Part shown: positions 40,121 through 49,705 of the stretch, one piece after another
Layout of the letters: each line of letters begins with the position of its first letter
How positions within the stretch are numbered: the stretch's first letter is position 1
Origin: Marmoricola sp.
GTDB lineage: Bacteria > Actinomycetota > Actinomycetes > Propionibacteriales > Nocardioidaceae
Assembly: GCA_046598915.1 (NCBI GenBank)
Contig: JBKJHO010000028.1
Location: 2,039-66,038 of the forward strand
DNA length: 64,000 nt
Reading direction: 5' to 3'
Translations under genes and position numbers: made by a program
Notes under the pieces: model-generated
Database searches by the model: none
Told to the model about the DNA's origin: nothing
What the model saw: the letters and a program-made list of their open reading frames with translations, nothing else

Positions 40121-40959
40121 GAGACCTCGACCTCGTCGCCGACCGCTATCCGGCCGCTGCTCTCGGGGATCAGGTGGATGGCGAACATCGGCTTGCGGTC
40201 GACCAGACGGTGCCGGGCGAGGGTCCCGATCGGTTCCTTGGTCGAGGTGAGGTCCGTCGGCGAGACGGTGGTCATCAGGCACCGGTCGACCGGCTTCGGC
40301 TTCCGGAAGCCGATGCCGCCGATCACCACTCGGTCCCAGTCGTCCTCGGCGTACGGCGCTGCGCCGGTGATCACCACGTTGGCGCGGAAGCGCTCGATCG
40401 GCAGGGGTGCCGGCGGTGTCTCGCCACGCTCGAGAGCGCCCTGGGTGATCCAGTCGTTGAGCCGGGCCAGCGAGCTCAGCGAGGCCAGCGTCACCGGGCA
40501 GCTGTCGGCGTACGCCGAGTGGTCCCCGGGGCGGGCCCAGCTGCGGTCGAAGGTACGGCGGGCGGGGTCGTCGCACCAGATCAGCCGCAGGTCGTCGCGA
40601 GCGGTGACGTCACGCAGCCATTGGTTCGCGTGGTCGGCGGCCGGGCGTCCTTGGAGGGCGTGGCCGAACATCTTCACGTCCACCAGGGCGGTGCTGGGCT
40701 CGACCACATCGACCGGCTCGAAACCGCGGGCCCGCATCCGGAGCGGCACCGCGAGACCTGGCTCGGTCTCCGGGGTGTCCGCGACGACCCGGAAGAGCGA
40801 CCGCAGCTCCCGGGCGCTGACCAGCGTGCCGGCGGAGTCGACCACCATCCAGCGCCGGTCCCCGGCCAGCCCCCAGGGCCGGACCTCGGCAGCGGTGACC
40901 GGCCGGATCGCGGTGCTCTTCACCGGGTGCAGGCCCAGGCCGACGACGGTGATGATCAC
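40117..40959 (-). CDS. MOSC domain protein (YcbX/mARC-like)
   Basis: HPVKS, GDRRWMVVD, RFRANVV, DRC; GTGA overlap with the aminotransferase stop. Confidence 0.9.
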   Translation of the reverse strand: MIITVVGLGLHPVKSTAIRPVTAAEVRPWGLAGDRRWMVVDSAGTLVSARELRSLFRVVADTPETEPGLAVPLRMRARGFEPVDVVEPSTALVDVKMFGHALQGRPAADHANQWLRDVTARDDLRLIWCDDPARRTFDRSWARPGDHSAYADSCPVTLASLSSLARLNDWITQGALERGETPPAPLPIERFRANVVITGAAPYAEDDWDRVVIGGIGFRKPKPVDRCLMTTVSPTDLTSTKEPIGTLARHRLVDRKPMFAIHLIPESSGRIAVGDEVEVS

Positions 40960-42158
40960 GGGCTCAGCCACGCGGCGAGCCGGTCGATCCCGCGGGTGAT
41001 GTCCGCGCCGCTGCCGGCGAAGGAGAGCCGGACGAACTGGTTGCCGCGGCGGGTGTCGAAATCGACCCCCGGTGCGATGGCGACGCCGGTCTCGGCGAGC
41101 AACCGTTGGCACCAGGCATAGCTGTCGTCGGTGAGATGCCCGATGTCGGCGTAGACGTAGAAGGCGCCGTCTGCTGGGGCCAGCCGGTCGATGCCGAGCC
41201 GGGGGAGGCCGTCGAGCAGGATCGCCCGGTTCTCGGCGTACCGGGAGACGTGCCCGTCGAGCTCGGCGTAGGACTCCGGGGTGAACGCGGCCAGGGCGGC
41301 GTACTGGGAGAGCACCGGTGGGCAGATGGTGAAGTTCCCGGTCAGTACGTCGACCGGCCGGCGCAGGTCCTCGGGCACCACCATCCAGCCGAGCCGCCAG
41401 CCCGTCATCGAGAAGTACTTGGAGAACGAGCCGAAGATGACGCCGGTGTGGGAGGTCTGCCAGGCCGAGGAGGTGGCGCTGGACGAGCTCGGTCGCGACC
41501 CGTAGGTAATGCCGTGGTAGATCTCGTCCGAGATCAGCCGGACTCCGGTCTGCTCGCACCATGCGGCGATCGCGGCGAGCTCCTCGGCTGGGATCACCGT
41601 CCCGGTCGGGTTGGCGGGAGAAGCGATCACCACACCGGCAATCGGTCCTGATCCTCGGTCGTGAGCCGCCGCCAGCAGGTCGACCGTCGGCTGGAACCGG
41701 GTCTGCGGCCCGCAGTCGATCTCGACGACCTCGACGCCGAGGGCGGCCAGCACGTTGCGGTAGCACGGGTAGCCGGGGCGGGCCATCACGACCCTGTCAC
41801 CCGGCTCGAAGGCGGCGAGGAAGGCCAGCAGGAAGCCGCCGGAGGAACCGGTGGTCACCACCACGTCCTCGGCGCTGACCTCGATCCCCGACGTACGGCG
41901 GTGGTGCTCGGCGATCGCGGTGCGGAGCTCGAGGATCCCGGTGGCCACGCTGTAGCCGAGCAGGTCGGTCTCGAGCAGCCGCTTCGCTTCCTCCCGTACG
42001 GCACGTGGCGCGCCCGTCGACGGCTGACCAGCGACGAAGTTGACCAGGTCGCCGTGGCTCGCAGCCCGTCGCTGGGCCGCCGCCAGCAGGTCCATCACGT
42101 GGAACGGCGGTACATCGGCCCGCTGGGCCACCTTCAGGCGCTGGTCGATCTGGCTCAC
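40956..42158 (-). CDS. Class I/II PLP-dependent aminotransferase
   Basis: SPANPTG, ISDEIYH, SFSKYFSMTGWRLG. Confidence 0.93.
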   Translation of the reverse strand: MSQIDQRLKVAQRADVPPFHVMDLLAAAQRRAASHGDLVNFVAGQPSTGAPRAVREEAKRLLETDLLGYSVATGILELRTAIAEHHRRTSGIEVSAEDVVVTTGSSGGFLLAFLAAFEPGDRVVMARPGYPCYRNVLAALGVEVVEIDCGPQTRFQPTVDLLAAAHDRGSGPIAGVVIASPANPTGTVIPAEELAAIAAWCEQTGVRLISDEIYHGITYGSRPSSSSATSSAWQTSHTGVIFGSFSKYFSMTGWRLGWMVVPEDLRRPVDVLTGNFTICPPVLSQYAALAAFTPESYAELDGHVSRYAENRAILLDGLPRLGIDRLAPADGAFYVYADIGHLTDDSYAWCQRLLAETGVAIAPGVDFDTRRGNQFVRLSFAGSGADITRGIDRLAAWLSP

Positions 42159-42196
42159 CCGCTCACGCTAGCCGCTCTGGTCGGCCGGGCCGGCGA

Positions 42197-42847
42197 TCAG
42201 CCGGTCGGCTGCCCGGCCTTCAGCTTCTCGGGCTTCTTGGTGAGCAGGAACCGGACGTCGTCGGCGAACTGCGACGGTGCGGTGTCGCCGCTCCAGAAGA
42301 TCGGTGCTTCGTGGTCGTCGTTGATGCCGATCACGTAGGAGCCGTGGCTGTTCGGGTCGTACCCGCCGTCAGGGAGCTCCTCGCCCGAGTCGACGAAGAC
42401 ACCGACCGACTCGCCTACCTTCGCGACGGTGTCGACCTCGCCGCTGAGCCCGATGATGTTTCGGTCGAACCGGTCCAGGTAGGTGCGCAGAACCTTCGGG
42501 GTGTCCCGGGCCGGGTCGCTGGTCACGAAGACCACGTCGACCTGGTCTCGTTGCGCCTCGGTGAGCTTCAGCAGGCCCGAGGTGATCGAGCTGAGGACTG
42601 CAGGGCAGGTGTCGGGGCACCCCGTGTACCCGAAGAAGACCAGGGTCAGCGGTGCGTTGGTGTCCCGGGAGAGCGAGTACGGCGTGCCGTCGGTGGTGGT
42701 CAGCTCGTCGCTCGCAACGGTGAACGGCGGGTCCACGACGGTGCCGTTCAGGTCGACCGACTTCTCCTGCCCGCAGCCGGTCGCCAGCACCAGGGTCGCG
42801 ATCACGAGGGCGAGGAGACGCAGGGGCGCCCTCGGGGCGGATGTCAT
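42197..42847 (-). CDS. SCO family copper chaperone lipoprotein
   Basis: Lipobox ATGC; FFGYTGCPDTCP; DPARDT; His in NSHG. Confidence 0.9.
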   Translation of the reverse strand: MTSAPRAPLRLLALVIATLVLATGCGQEKSVDLNGTVVDPPFTVASDELTTTDGTPYSLSRDTNAPLTLVFFGYTGCPDTCPAVLSSITSGLLKLTEAQRDQVDVVFVTSDPARDTPKVLRTYLDRFDRNIIGLSGEVDTVAKVGESVGVFVDSGEELPDGGYDPNSHGSYVIGINDDHEAPIFWSGDTAPSQFADDVRFLLTKKPEKLKAGQPTG

Positions 42848-43395
42848 CTGATCTCCAGTGCGGCGAGGATGGTGGCCTTGTCGGGGAACGGGCCGATATG
42901 GACGGCGATCGCCTTCCCATCGCGGATCAGGACCGAGGCCGGGATCCCGTTGATCGGGATCTGGCCGTCCAGGGCGAGGGCGACTGTCGCGTCGGGGTCC
43001 AGCCAGTTCGGGTAGCTCACCTTCGCCGCGTCCAGGGCCTCGGTGGCCCAGTCGCGGTTCCGGTCCCGGGTGAATCCGATGACGTGGAGCTTCCCGCTGT
43101 CGGCGACCTCCTGCAGCAGCGGGAGCTCCTCCCGACACGGCTCGCAGAAGCTCGCCCAGATGTTCAGGACGGTGGGGGCTCCAGGTGCCACCGGAGTGCC
43201 CGGCTGCGGCTGGTCGGCGCGCACCGGGTCCTGTGTCGGCAGGTCGATCTCGATCGGATCGATGCCCTGCCAGCCGGCACCTGCCATCGGCTGCTTGCCG
43301 CCGGGCTGGGTGTCGACGTACGTCGTGGTGCCGCAGGAGCTCAGGACGAGCGCGCAGGCGACCGCGATCAGCAGTCGGACGGGTCCTCTGAGCAC
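42844..43395 (-). CDS. TlpA-like thiol-disulfide oxidoreductase lipoprotein
   Basis: Lipobox LSSC; WASFCEPC; ATGA overlap with sco; start approximate. Confidence 0.85.
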   Translation of the reverse strand: MLRGPVRLLIAVACALVLSSCGTTTYVDTQPGGKQPMAGAGWQGIDPIEIDLPTQDPVRADQPQPGTPVAPGAPTVLNIWASFCEPCREELPLLQEVADSGKLHVIGFTRDRNRDWATEALDAAKVSYPNWLDPDATVALALDGQIPINGIPASVLIRDGKAIAVHIGPFPDKATILAALEIR

Positions 43396-43481
43396 CACGA
43401 GATCGTAGTCGACCCGCCAATCCGCCACCGGCGCGGGTGGTTACCCGCGGCGCTGCGGTAAACCGCTCGCACCGGGTCGGG

Positions 43482-44948
43482 TCAGTGGTGCGCGGCTGCG
43501 TGCCGACCTGCCCGGCGACCGAAGTACGAGCCCTCCGCCAGCTGGGTGCCGGACGCATAGCCCTTGCCGTCCTGGGCGATGTTCGCGGCGCAGGCGCCCG
43601 CGGCGTACAGGCCGCGGATGACCGCGCCGTCGGCCTGCTGGACCTGGCCGTCGAGCGAGCACTTCATCCCGCCGAGGGTGAAACCGGCGTACAGGGCTTT
43701 GCCGAGGGTGAGGTCGTAGGCGCCCCAGGGGCCGTTGTCCTGCGGGGCCACCCAGTCCGGGTGCTTGTGGAACTCGGGATCGTGCTTCTCGTGCGCGAAC
43801 TTGTTGTACGAGTCCAGGGTCGAGACCAGGTTGCCCGCTGGGATGCCGAGCGCGGACTCCATCTCCTCGACCGTCTCCCAGCCGTCGATGAACGGCGTCA
43901 GCGGCATCGAGGGGTGCTCGATGTGTGCGGAGTCGACGATCAGGTACGCCGCCTGGTCGGGTTGGTCCATCACGAAGCCCGAGGTGCGCGAGTGGTAGCT
44001 GTCCTCGGCGACGAACCGGTCACCGTTCTTGTTCACGATCACCCCGGTGACCAGGACGGACGGCGGGTAGAACGGCGCAGTGATGAACGGCTCGTTCATG
44101 AACTTGAGCTCGGCGCCGACCGAGGCGCCGAGACGCAGGCCGAGGCCGTCGTCGTAGGTGTTGCCGAGGACGAAGAGCTTCTCGCCGAGGGCCGGGGTGT
44201 TCTCGGCAACCATCTCGGGGTTCATCACGAAACCACCGGCGGCCAGGACGACCGCCTTGGCCCGCAGGACTCCGGTCTCCTTGAAGCGCTTCCACGCCAC
44301 GCCCACGACCTCGGGCTCGCCGCTCGGACCTGTCGACAGCACCAAGTGGGCGGCGCCGGTCTCGTAGCGGACCTCGACACCGGCCTCGAGTAGCCGCTCG
44401 TTGAGCAGATCCATCACCATCTGGGTGCCGCCGGTGTCACCGGGAACGGGCACCTTGTGGCCCCGGGGTGCCGGGACCGCGAGGTCGCGGAACGGGTGCA
44501 CCTTCTCGTTGCCGGTGAACATCAGGCCCTCGGTGTTGGGCTGGATCACGGCCTTGCCGGGGAAGTAGGAGCGTTCGAACTCGAAACCGAGCGCCTCGAT
44601 CCAGTCGAAGTGCTCGACGCTGTCGTCGCAGAACACGCGGATCTTCTCCGGCTCCGGCTCCTTGCTGATCGCGAGCAGGTACTTGTACATTTCCTCGGCG
44701 CTGTCCTCGTGACCGGTCGCCTGCTGCACGGCGGTGCCGCCGCCGAGGTAGAAGTGGCCACCGGACATCGCGCTGGTCCCGCCGTACGTCGCGGCGCGTT
44801 CGAGCAGGACCACCTTGGCGCCGGCGCGGGCCGCCTCCAGAGCGGCACAGCCGCCGGCGATGCCGAAGCCGACAACGACGACGTCGGTCTGCTCCTCGTC
44901 ACCGGAGAGGGTGGCGGCAGGGACGACGTCGGGAAGGGCAGTGGTCAT
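43482..44948 (-). CDS. FAD-binding flavoprotein, 3-ketosteroid dehydrogenase-like (delta4-5alpha KSTD type)
   Basis: VVVGFGIAG, GGTSAMSGG, TLGG, GYASGTQL; upstream KstR box. Confidence 0.8.
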   Translation of the reverse strand: MTTALPDVVPAATLSGDEEQTDVVVVGFGIAGGCAALEAARAGAKVVLLERAATYGGTSAMSGGHFYLGGGTAVQQATGHEDSAEEMYKYLLAISKEPEPEKIRVFCDDSVEHFDWIEALGFEFERSYFPGKAVIQPNTEGLMFTGNEKVHPFRDLAVPAPRGHKVPVPGDTGGTQMVMDLLNERLLEAGVEVRYETGAAHLVLSTGPSGEPEVVGVAWKRFKETGVLRAKAVVLAAGGFVMNPEMVAENTPALGEKLFVLGNTYDDGLGLRLGASVGAELKFMNEPFITAPFYPPSVLVTGVIVNKNGDRFVAEDSYHSRTSGFVMDQPDQAAYLIVDSAHIEHPSMPLTPFIDGWETVEEMESALGIPAGNLVSTLDSYNKFAHEKHDPEFHKHPDWVAPQDNGPWGAYDLTLGKALYAGFTLGGMKCSLDGQVQQADGAVIRGLYAAGACAANIAQDGKGYASGTQLAEGSYFGRRAGRHAAAHH

Positions 44949-44970
44949 GGCGACAAGCGTAGGCCGAAAC

Positions 44971-44984
44971 TAGAACAAGTTCTA
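44971..44984. promoter_or_regulatory. KstR-type operator
   Basis: TAGAACAAGTTCTA, a near-perfect palindrome matching TnnAACnnGTTnnA. Confidence 0.75.
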
Positions 44985-45062
44985 CCCTTCTGCCGGACCC
45001 CGGGACCGAAAGCGCAGCGGATAGACTTGCCGTCACACCCCAAACCGCCGAGGTGCCGCAGC

Positions 45063-46559
45063 ATGACACTCGACGTCGACACTCTGAACCAGGGTCTCCT
45101 GGCGGGTTGTGGCGTCCTTTTGGTGGCGATCCTGGCGGTCCGGGCCTCGGTCGGCGCTGGGCTCCCCAGTCTGCTGCTCTACCTGCTGATCGGCGTCGGC
45201 CTTGGTGAAGCGGGTCTGGGGGTGGCGTTCTCCGATGCCGAGCTGGCGAACGCCCTCGGTTTCGCGGCCCTCGTGGTGATCCTGGCCGAGGGTGGTCTGA
45301 CCACCAACTGGAACGAGATGCGTCCGGTCGCCAAGCTCGGCCTCTCCCTGGCGACCGTCGGCGTCGCGGTCAGCGTCACGGTCGTCGCTGTGTTCGCGCA
45401 CGTCGCGCTCGGGATGAGCTGGCAGTTCGCGGTGCTCCTCGGGGCGCTCACCTCGCCCACCGACGCGGCCGCGGTGTTCTCGGTGCTGCGCCGGGTGCCA
45501 CTGCCCAGGAGGTTGACCTCGACCCTGGAGGCAGAGTCCGGCTTGAACGACGCCCCGACCGTGGTCCTGGTGACCCTGGTCAGCGCAAGTGGCCACCACG
45601 GCGCGACCGGGGTCCTTGGCGAGGTAGCACTCGAGCTCGTGATCGGCGTCGCGGGTGGCCTGGTCATCGGCTTCGGTGGCGCCTGGCTGATGCGGCGCGC
45701 GGCGCTGCCGTCGTCCGGTCTGTACCCGCTCGCCGTGCTCTCGCTCGCAGTCCTGGCCTACGCCGCCACCGCCACCGTGCACGGCTCCGGTTTCGCGGCG
45801 GTCTATGTCGCCGCACTGATCCTCGGGAACTCCGAGCTACCGCACCGGGCGGCTACCCGCTCGTTCGCCGAGGGGATGGCCTGGCTCGCGCAGATCGGGC
45901 TCTTCGTGATGCTCGGACTGCTGGCCTCGCCGGGACGGATCACCTGGGAGCACGTCGGGGTGGCGATCGCCACGGGCCTGGTCCTCACCTTCGTGGCGAG
46001 ACCGATCTCCGTCTTCGTCTCGGCGATCGCACAGCCGATGCCGGTGCGGGAGCTCGGTTTCATCAGCTGGGCCGGACTGCGTGGCGCCGTACCGATCGTG
46101 CTTGCCACCATCCCGCTCTCGGCCGGTGTCACCGACGCGAGCGTGCTGTTCGACGTCGTGTTCGTGATGGTGGTGATCTACACCCTGATCACCGCGCCGA
46201 CCCTGCCGTTGGTGGCGCGGGTCCTGAAGGTGGCCCGCCGCAGCGAGCCGCGCGACCTCGACGTCGAGGTGGCCCCGCTCGAGAAGATCGCCGCCGACCT
46301 GCTGATGGTGACCATTTCGCCGAAGTCCCTGATGCATGGCGTCGAGGTGGCCGAGCTGAGACTGCCGAAGGGGTCCTCGGTCTCGTTGATCGTTCGCGAC
46401 GGGACCACGATGGTCCCTCAGCTGCGAACGGTCCTGCGACGCGGCGACGAGCTCCTGGTGGTCACGCCGAGGAAATCCCGGGAGAAGACCGAACAGCGCC
46501 TCCGTGCCGTGTCTCTCCAGGGACGTCTCGCGCGGTGGTTCGACGCCGACAAGGCGTAA
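45063..46559 (+). CDS. K+/H+ antiporter (NhaP2/CvrA-like) with TrkA-C domain
   Basis: TDAAAVFS, LEAESGLND, WAGLRGAVPI. Confidence 0.92.
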   Translation: MTLDVDTLNQGLLAGCGVLLVAILAVRASVGAGLPSLLLYLLIGVGLGEAGLGVAFSDAELANALGFAALVVILAEGGLTTNWNEMRPVAKLGLSLATVGVAVSVTVVAVFAHVALGMSWQFAVLLGALTSPTDAAAVFSVLRRVPLPRRLTSTLEAESGLNDAPTVVLVTLVSASGHHGATGVLGEVALELVIGVAGGLVIGFGGAWLMRRAALPSSGLYPLAVLSLAVLAYAATATVHGSGFAAVYVAALILGNSELPHRAATRSFAEGMAWLAQIGLFVMLGLLASPGRITWEHVGVAIATGLVLTFVARPISVFVSAIAQPMPVRELGFISWAGLRGAVPIVLATIPLSAGVTDASVLFDVVFVMVVIYTLITAPTLPLVARVLKVARRSEPRDLDVEVAPLEKIAADLLMVTISPKSLMHGVEVAELRLPKGSSVSLIVRDGTTMVPQLRTVLRRGDELLVVTPRKSREKTEQRLRAVSLQGRLARWFDADKA

Positions 46560-46575
46560 AGACGGTTCCGGCGCC

Positions 46576-47568
46576 TCAGCCAGTGCGGCCGAACGCGTTC
46601 AGGCCGGTCTGTTCTGCCGACCAGGCCCAGAGCCGGGTCGCCTCCGCCGGGTCCGTCGCGTGCGGGAACACTCCGAGCGCCTGGCCGGTCACCCGTCCGT
46701 CCGGATTCGCGACCGGTGCGATGTCGCAGTCCTCGAGGTAGAGGCCGCCGAGTCCGTCGAGGAGGGGGGAGGTGGCTGCGAAGACGGGGGTGGCCGCGCC
46801 CGCTTCGGGCGACTTGAACTCCGGCATCAGCGGCTCGCCGTCCTTGCCGTAGGCGAGCAGGGATTCCACGTCCGCGGCCTGCAAGTGGCGGCCCAAGGGC
46901 GTCAGGATCGCGCCGGGGTGAAGAGCGAACGCGCGTACGCCGCGGTCCCGGCCGAGGCGGTCCAGCTCGACGGCGAAGAGCACGTTGGCGGTCTTCGACT
47001 GACCGTAGGCCAACCACTTGTCGTATCCCTCGTCAAAGGCCAGGTCGTGCCAACGGATGCCCGAGAACTGATGCCCTCCCGAGGAGACGCTGACTACCCG
47101 GGAGCCGGCTGCCGCCTCTGTGCTGTGCAGCAAGGGCCAGAGCCGGTTCACCAGGGCGAAGTGGCCGAGGTGGTTCGTGGCGAGCTGCAGCTCCCAACCC
47201 GGGCCGACGTGCTGCTCGGGAGTGGCCATGATCCCGGCGCTGTTGATCATCAGGTCGAGGTGCTCGCCCCGGGACAGCACCTGCTCGGCGTACGCCGCGA
47301 CGCTGGCCGGGTCGGCCAGATCCATCGTGCCGACCTCGACGCCTTCGACGCCCCCTAGTTCTTCTCGGGCGAGCTCGGGCCGCCGAGCCGGCACCAGCAC
47401 CCGGGCCCCCGCGCCGACCAGCGCGCGGACGATCTCGATGCCGATCCCGGAGTAGCCCCCGGTCACCAGGGCGAGCCGGCCGCTCAGGTCGATCCCGTCG
47501 AGGACCTCACCGGCAGTGCTGTGCGAACCGAAACCGGTGCCGAGCGGTTCCTGGGCCGAGCGGCTCAT
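46576..47568 (-). CDS. Short-chain dehydrogenase (retinol-DH-like)
   Basis: TGGYSGIG, NHLGHF, YGQSK; ATGA overlap. Confidence 0.9.
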   Translation of the reverse strand: MSRSAQEPLGTGFGSHSTAGEVLDGIDLSGRLALVTGGYSGIGIEIVRALVGAGARVLVPARRPELAREELGGVEGVEVGTMDLADPASVAAYAEQVLSRGEHLDLMINSAGIMATPEQHVGPGWELQLATNHLGHFALVNRLWPLLHSTEAAAGSRVVSVSSGGHQFSGIRWHDLAFDEGYDKWLAYGQSKTANVLFAVELDRLGRDRGVRAFALHPGAILTPLGRHLQAADVESLLAYGKDGEPLMPEFKSPEAGAATPVFAATSPLLDGLGGLYLEDCDIAPVANPDGRVTGQALGVFPHATDPAEATRLWAWSAEQTGLNAFGRTG

Positions 47569-48398
47569 GCTCGCGGGAAGTTCACGTCGCGGGTGGTGGC
47601 TTCCCACTCGTCGATGGACGTGCTGAACGCAGCGAGCTTCTCGCGCACGGCCGCCAGGACGTCGTGGCCGAGGAGGAGCCGTAGTGGTGGGTCGTCGAGA
47701 CCGGCGAGCATCAGCACCGCCGCGGCCACCTTCCGCGGGTCGCCGGGGAGGTGATCGGCGAACTGCTTGATCAGGTCCTTGCGGACGCCCACGTCGTCGG
47801 CGTACGCCTCGATCGGTGCCGCGGACTCGTGCATCGACCGGCTGGCCCAGTCGGTCCGGAACCCACCGGGCTCGACGGCGCAGACCTTGATCCCGAAGGG
47901 GCCGACCTCCTTGGAGAGCGCTTCGGTCAGTCCTTCGAGGGCGAACTTGGTCGAGCTGTAGAAGGCGTTGGGCGGATTCGCGACCAGGCCGGTCATCGAG
48001 GAGATGTTGATGATGTGTCCGTCGCCCTGTGCGCGCATGATCGGCAGCACCTGCTGGAGGGTGTCGACGACGCCGAAGTAGTTGGTGTCGAAGAGCGCCC
48101 GGATCTCGGCGTCCTCCCCTTCCTCGACGGCGGAGAGGTAGCCGTACCCGGCGTTGTTCACCAGCACGTCGATCCCGCCGAAGGCCGCCTGCGTCGCCGC
48201 GACCACGTCCGCGATCTGGGCCCTGTCGGTGACGTCGAGGGCGAGAGCCAGCGCCAGGTCACCGAAGTCCTCGGTGAAGTCAGTGACTGCCTCGACCTTG
48301 CGTGCGGTCACGGCCACCTGGTGGCCGGCTTCCAGGGCAGCGCGAGCGATCTCGCGTCCGATACCGGTCGAGCAACCGGTGATCAACCAGCGGGCCAT
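47565..48398 (-). CDS. Short-chain dehydrogenase
   Basis: TGCSTGIG, NNAG, YSSTK. Confidence 0.92.
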   Translation of the reverse strand: MARWLITGCSTGIGREIARAALEAGHQVAVTARKVEAVTDFTEDFGDLALALALDVTDRAQIADVVAATQAAFGGIDVLVNNAGYGYLSAVEEGEDAEIRALFDTNYFGVVDTLQQVLPIMRAQGDGHIINISSMTGLVANPPNAFYSSTKFALEGLTEALSKEVGPFGIKVCAVEPGGFRTDWASRSMHESAAPIEAYADDVGVRKDLIKQFADHLPGDPRKVAAAVLMLAGLDDPPLRLLLGHDVLAAVREKLAAFSTSIDEWEATTRDVNFPRA

Positions 48399-49642
48399 CA
48401 GAGGACTCCTTCCGGGAGGCGGCGTAGATAGCCGCTCTGACGGGTAGCCAGCTCCGTAGCTCGTTCGTCCGCAGTGACCGGGACCAGACCTTCCTCGTCG
48501 ACCTTGTCCAGATCGACGACGCGGCCCTTGGCCGCGAGGTCAGGCCGGGGGCCCGTCGGTCCGAACTCCGCCATCCGTAGCGTCAGGATGCCCTCGGGCA
48601 GCCCGTCGGTGTCGATCCAGTTGGCGACACCGGGGTCCTCGCTCGCGATCACGTAGGTGTAGGTGCCGTCCTGGTTGGGCCGGGACTGCGCCTTGTTCAA
48701 GCTGCCGGTGCTGTTGAAGATGTCCAGCGTGGTGCCCCAGATGTTCGAGAGCGGCACCGTGAAGTACTCCGCGCCGCCGTCGCTGACGTCGACGACGAAA
48801 GCCTGACCAGGCTCGAGGTCGAACCGGCCGGCGACGTACACCTGGTTGCGCAGGGCGCCGGTGTCGTCGGCCGTCCAGCCGAGCGAGAAGTGGTTGACCG
48901 GCGCTTTGTACATACCGTGGCTGAGTTTCCCGGTGAAGTCGGCGAAGTGCGCCATCATCGTCGCGGTGGCCTCGGCCTGCTCGTCGCGGGTGAGCGCCGG
49001 CCGGTCCCCGCTGGTCGAGGTTCCGAGCCTCTCGACGGTGATGTGGTTCGGGTCGTCCTTGCTCCAGTCGAGGAGGACGTCGCGGATGTAGAACTCGTGC
49101 GCCTCGGGGGTGGACTGCACGTGGTTCGGGCGACCGTCGGCAGGCGAGGAGTCCACGGTGATGACGTACGAGCCGTCCGGGCCGACCTCCATCGTGCGCC
49201 CATTCAGGACGTCGACGTTGCCCATGTGAGCGTTCCAGAGGGTGAAGTAGTTCTCCGTCATCCGGTTCGCACCGACCTTGCCGCGGATCTCGTAGCGCTC
49301 GTCACCCGAGATCGGGATGACCCGGTAGACCGTGTCGGGATTGTCGATGCCCCACCGGGTGCCGGGGATCCGGACGCCCTCGACCTCGTGGGCGAGCCGG
49401 GTGATGCAGGTGACCTTTGGTCGCAACGGGTCTTGATTGCTCGACCAGATCGCGGCGGAGAACATCACTTCCTCGTACGCCGCCTCGAAGCGCTCGCGCA
49501 TCGCCTCCGACGCCTTGGCCCGGCCCAGCCAGGTCTCGGCGACCTGGGTGTAGGCCGCCCGCACCGTGGGGTGCTGGATCAGTTCGAGAGCTGCGAGCTC
49601 GTGCTCGTGCTGGGTGGCGGTGGCGACGGGATGTTCGGACAT
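48398..49642 (-). CDS. DUF1214-like conserved protein
   Basis: GIDNPDTVYR, DGTYTYVIASEDPGVANWIDT; ATG at 49642. Confidence 0.75.
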   Translation of the reverse strand: MSEHPVATATQHEHELAALELIQHPTVRAAYTQVAETWLGRAKASEAMRERFEAAYEEVMFSAAIWSSNQDPLRPKVTCITRLAHEVEGVRIPGTRWGIDNPDTVYRVIPISGDERYEIRGKVGANRMTENYFTLWNAHMGNVDVLNGRTMEVGPDGSYVITVDSSPADGRPNHVQSTPEAHEFYIRDVLLDWSKDDPNHITVERLGTSTSGDRPALTRDEQAEATATMMAHFADFTGKLSHGMYKAPVNHFSLGWTADDTGALRNQVYVAGRFDLEPGQAFVVDVSDGGAEYFTVPLSNIWGTTLDIFNSTGSLNKAQSRPNQDGTYTYVIASEDPGVANWIDTDGLPEGILTLRMAEFGPTGPRPDLAAKGRVVDLDKVDEEGLVPVTADERATELATRQSGYLRRLPEGVL

Positions 49643-49672
49643 GGAGCGAAAGTAACAGGAAATCCGATAAAA

Positions 49673-49686
49673 TGTCAGTACTGACA
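49673..49686. promoter_or_regulatory. Perfect palindromic TetR operator
   Basis: TGTCAGTACTGACA between divergent genes. Confidence 0.7.
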
Positions 49687-49705
49687 AAAGTGCTAACCTC
49701 GGCGG

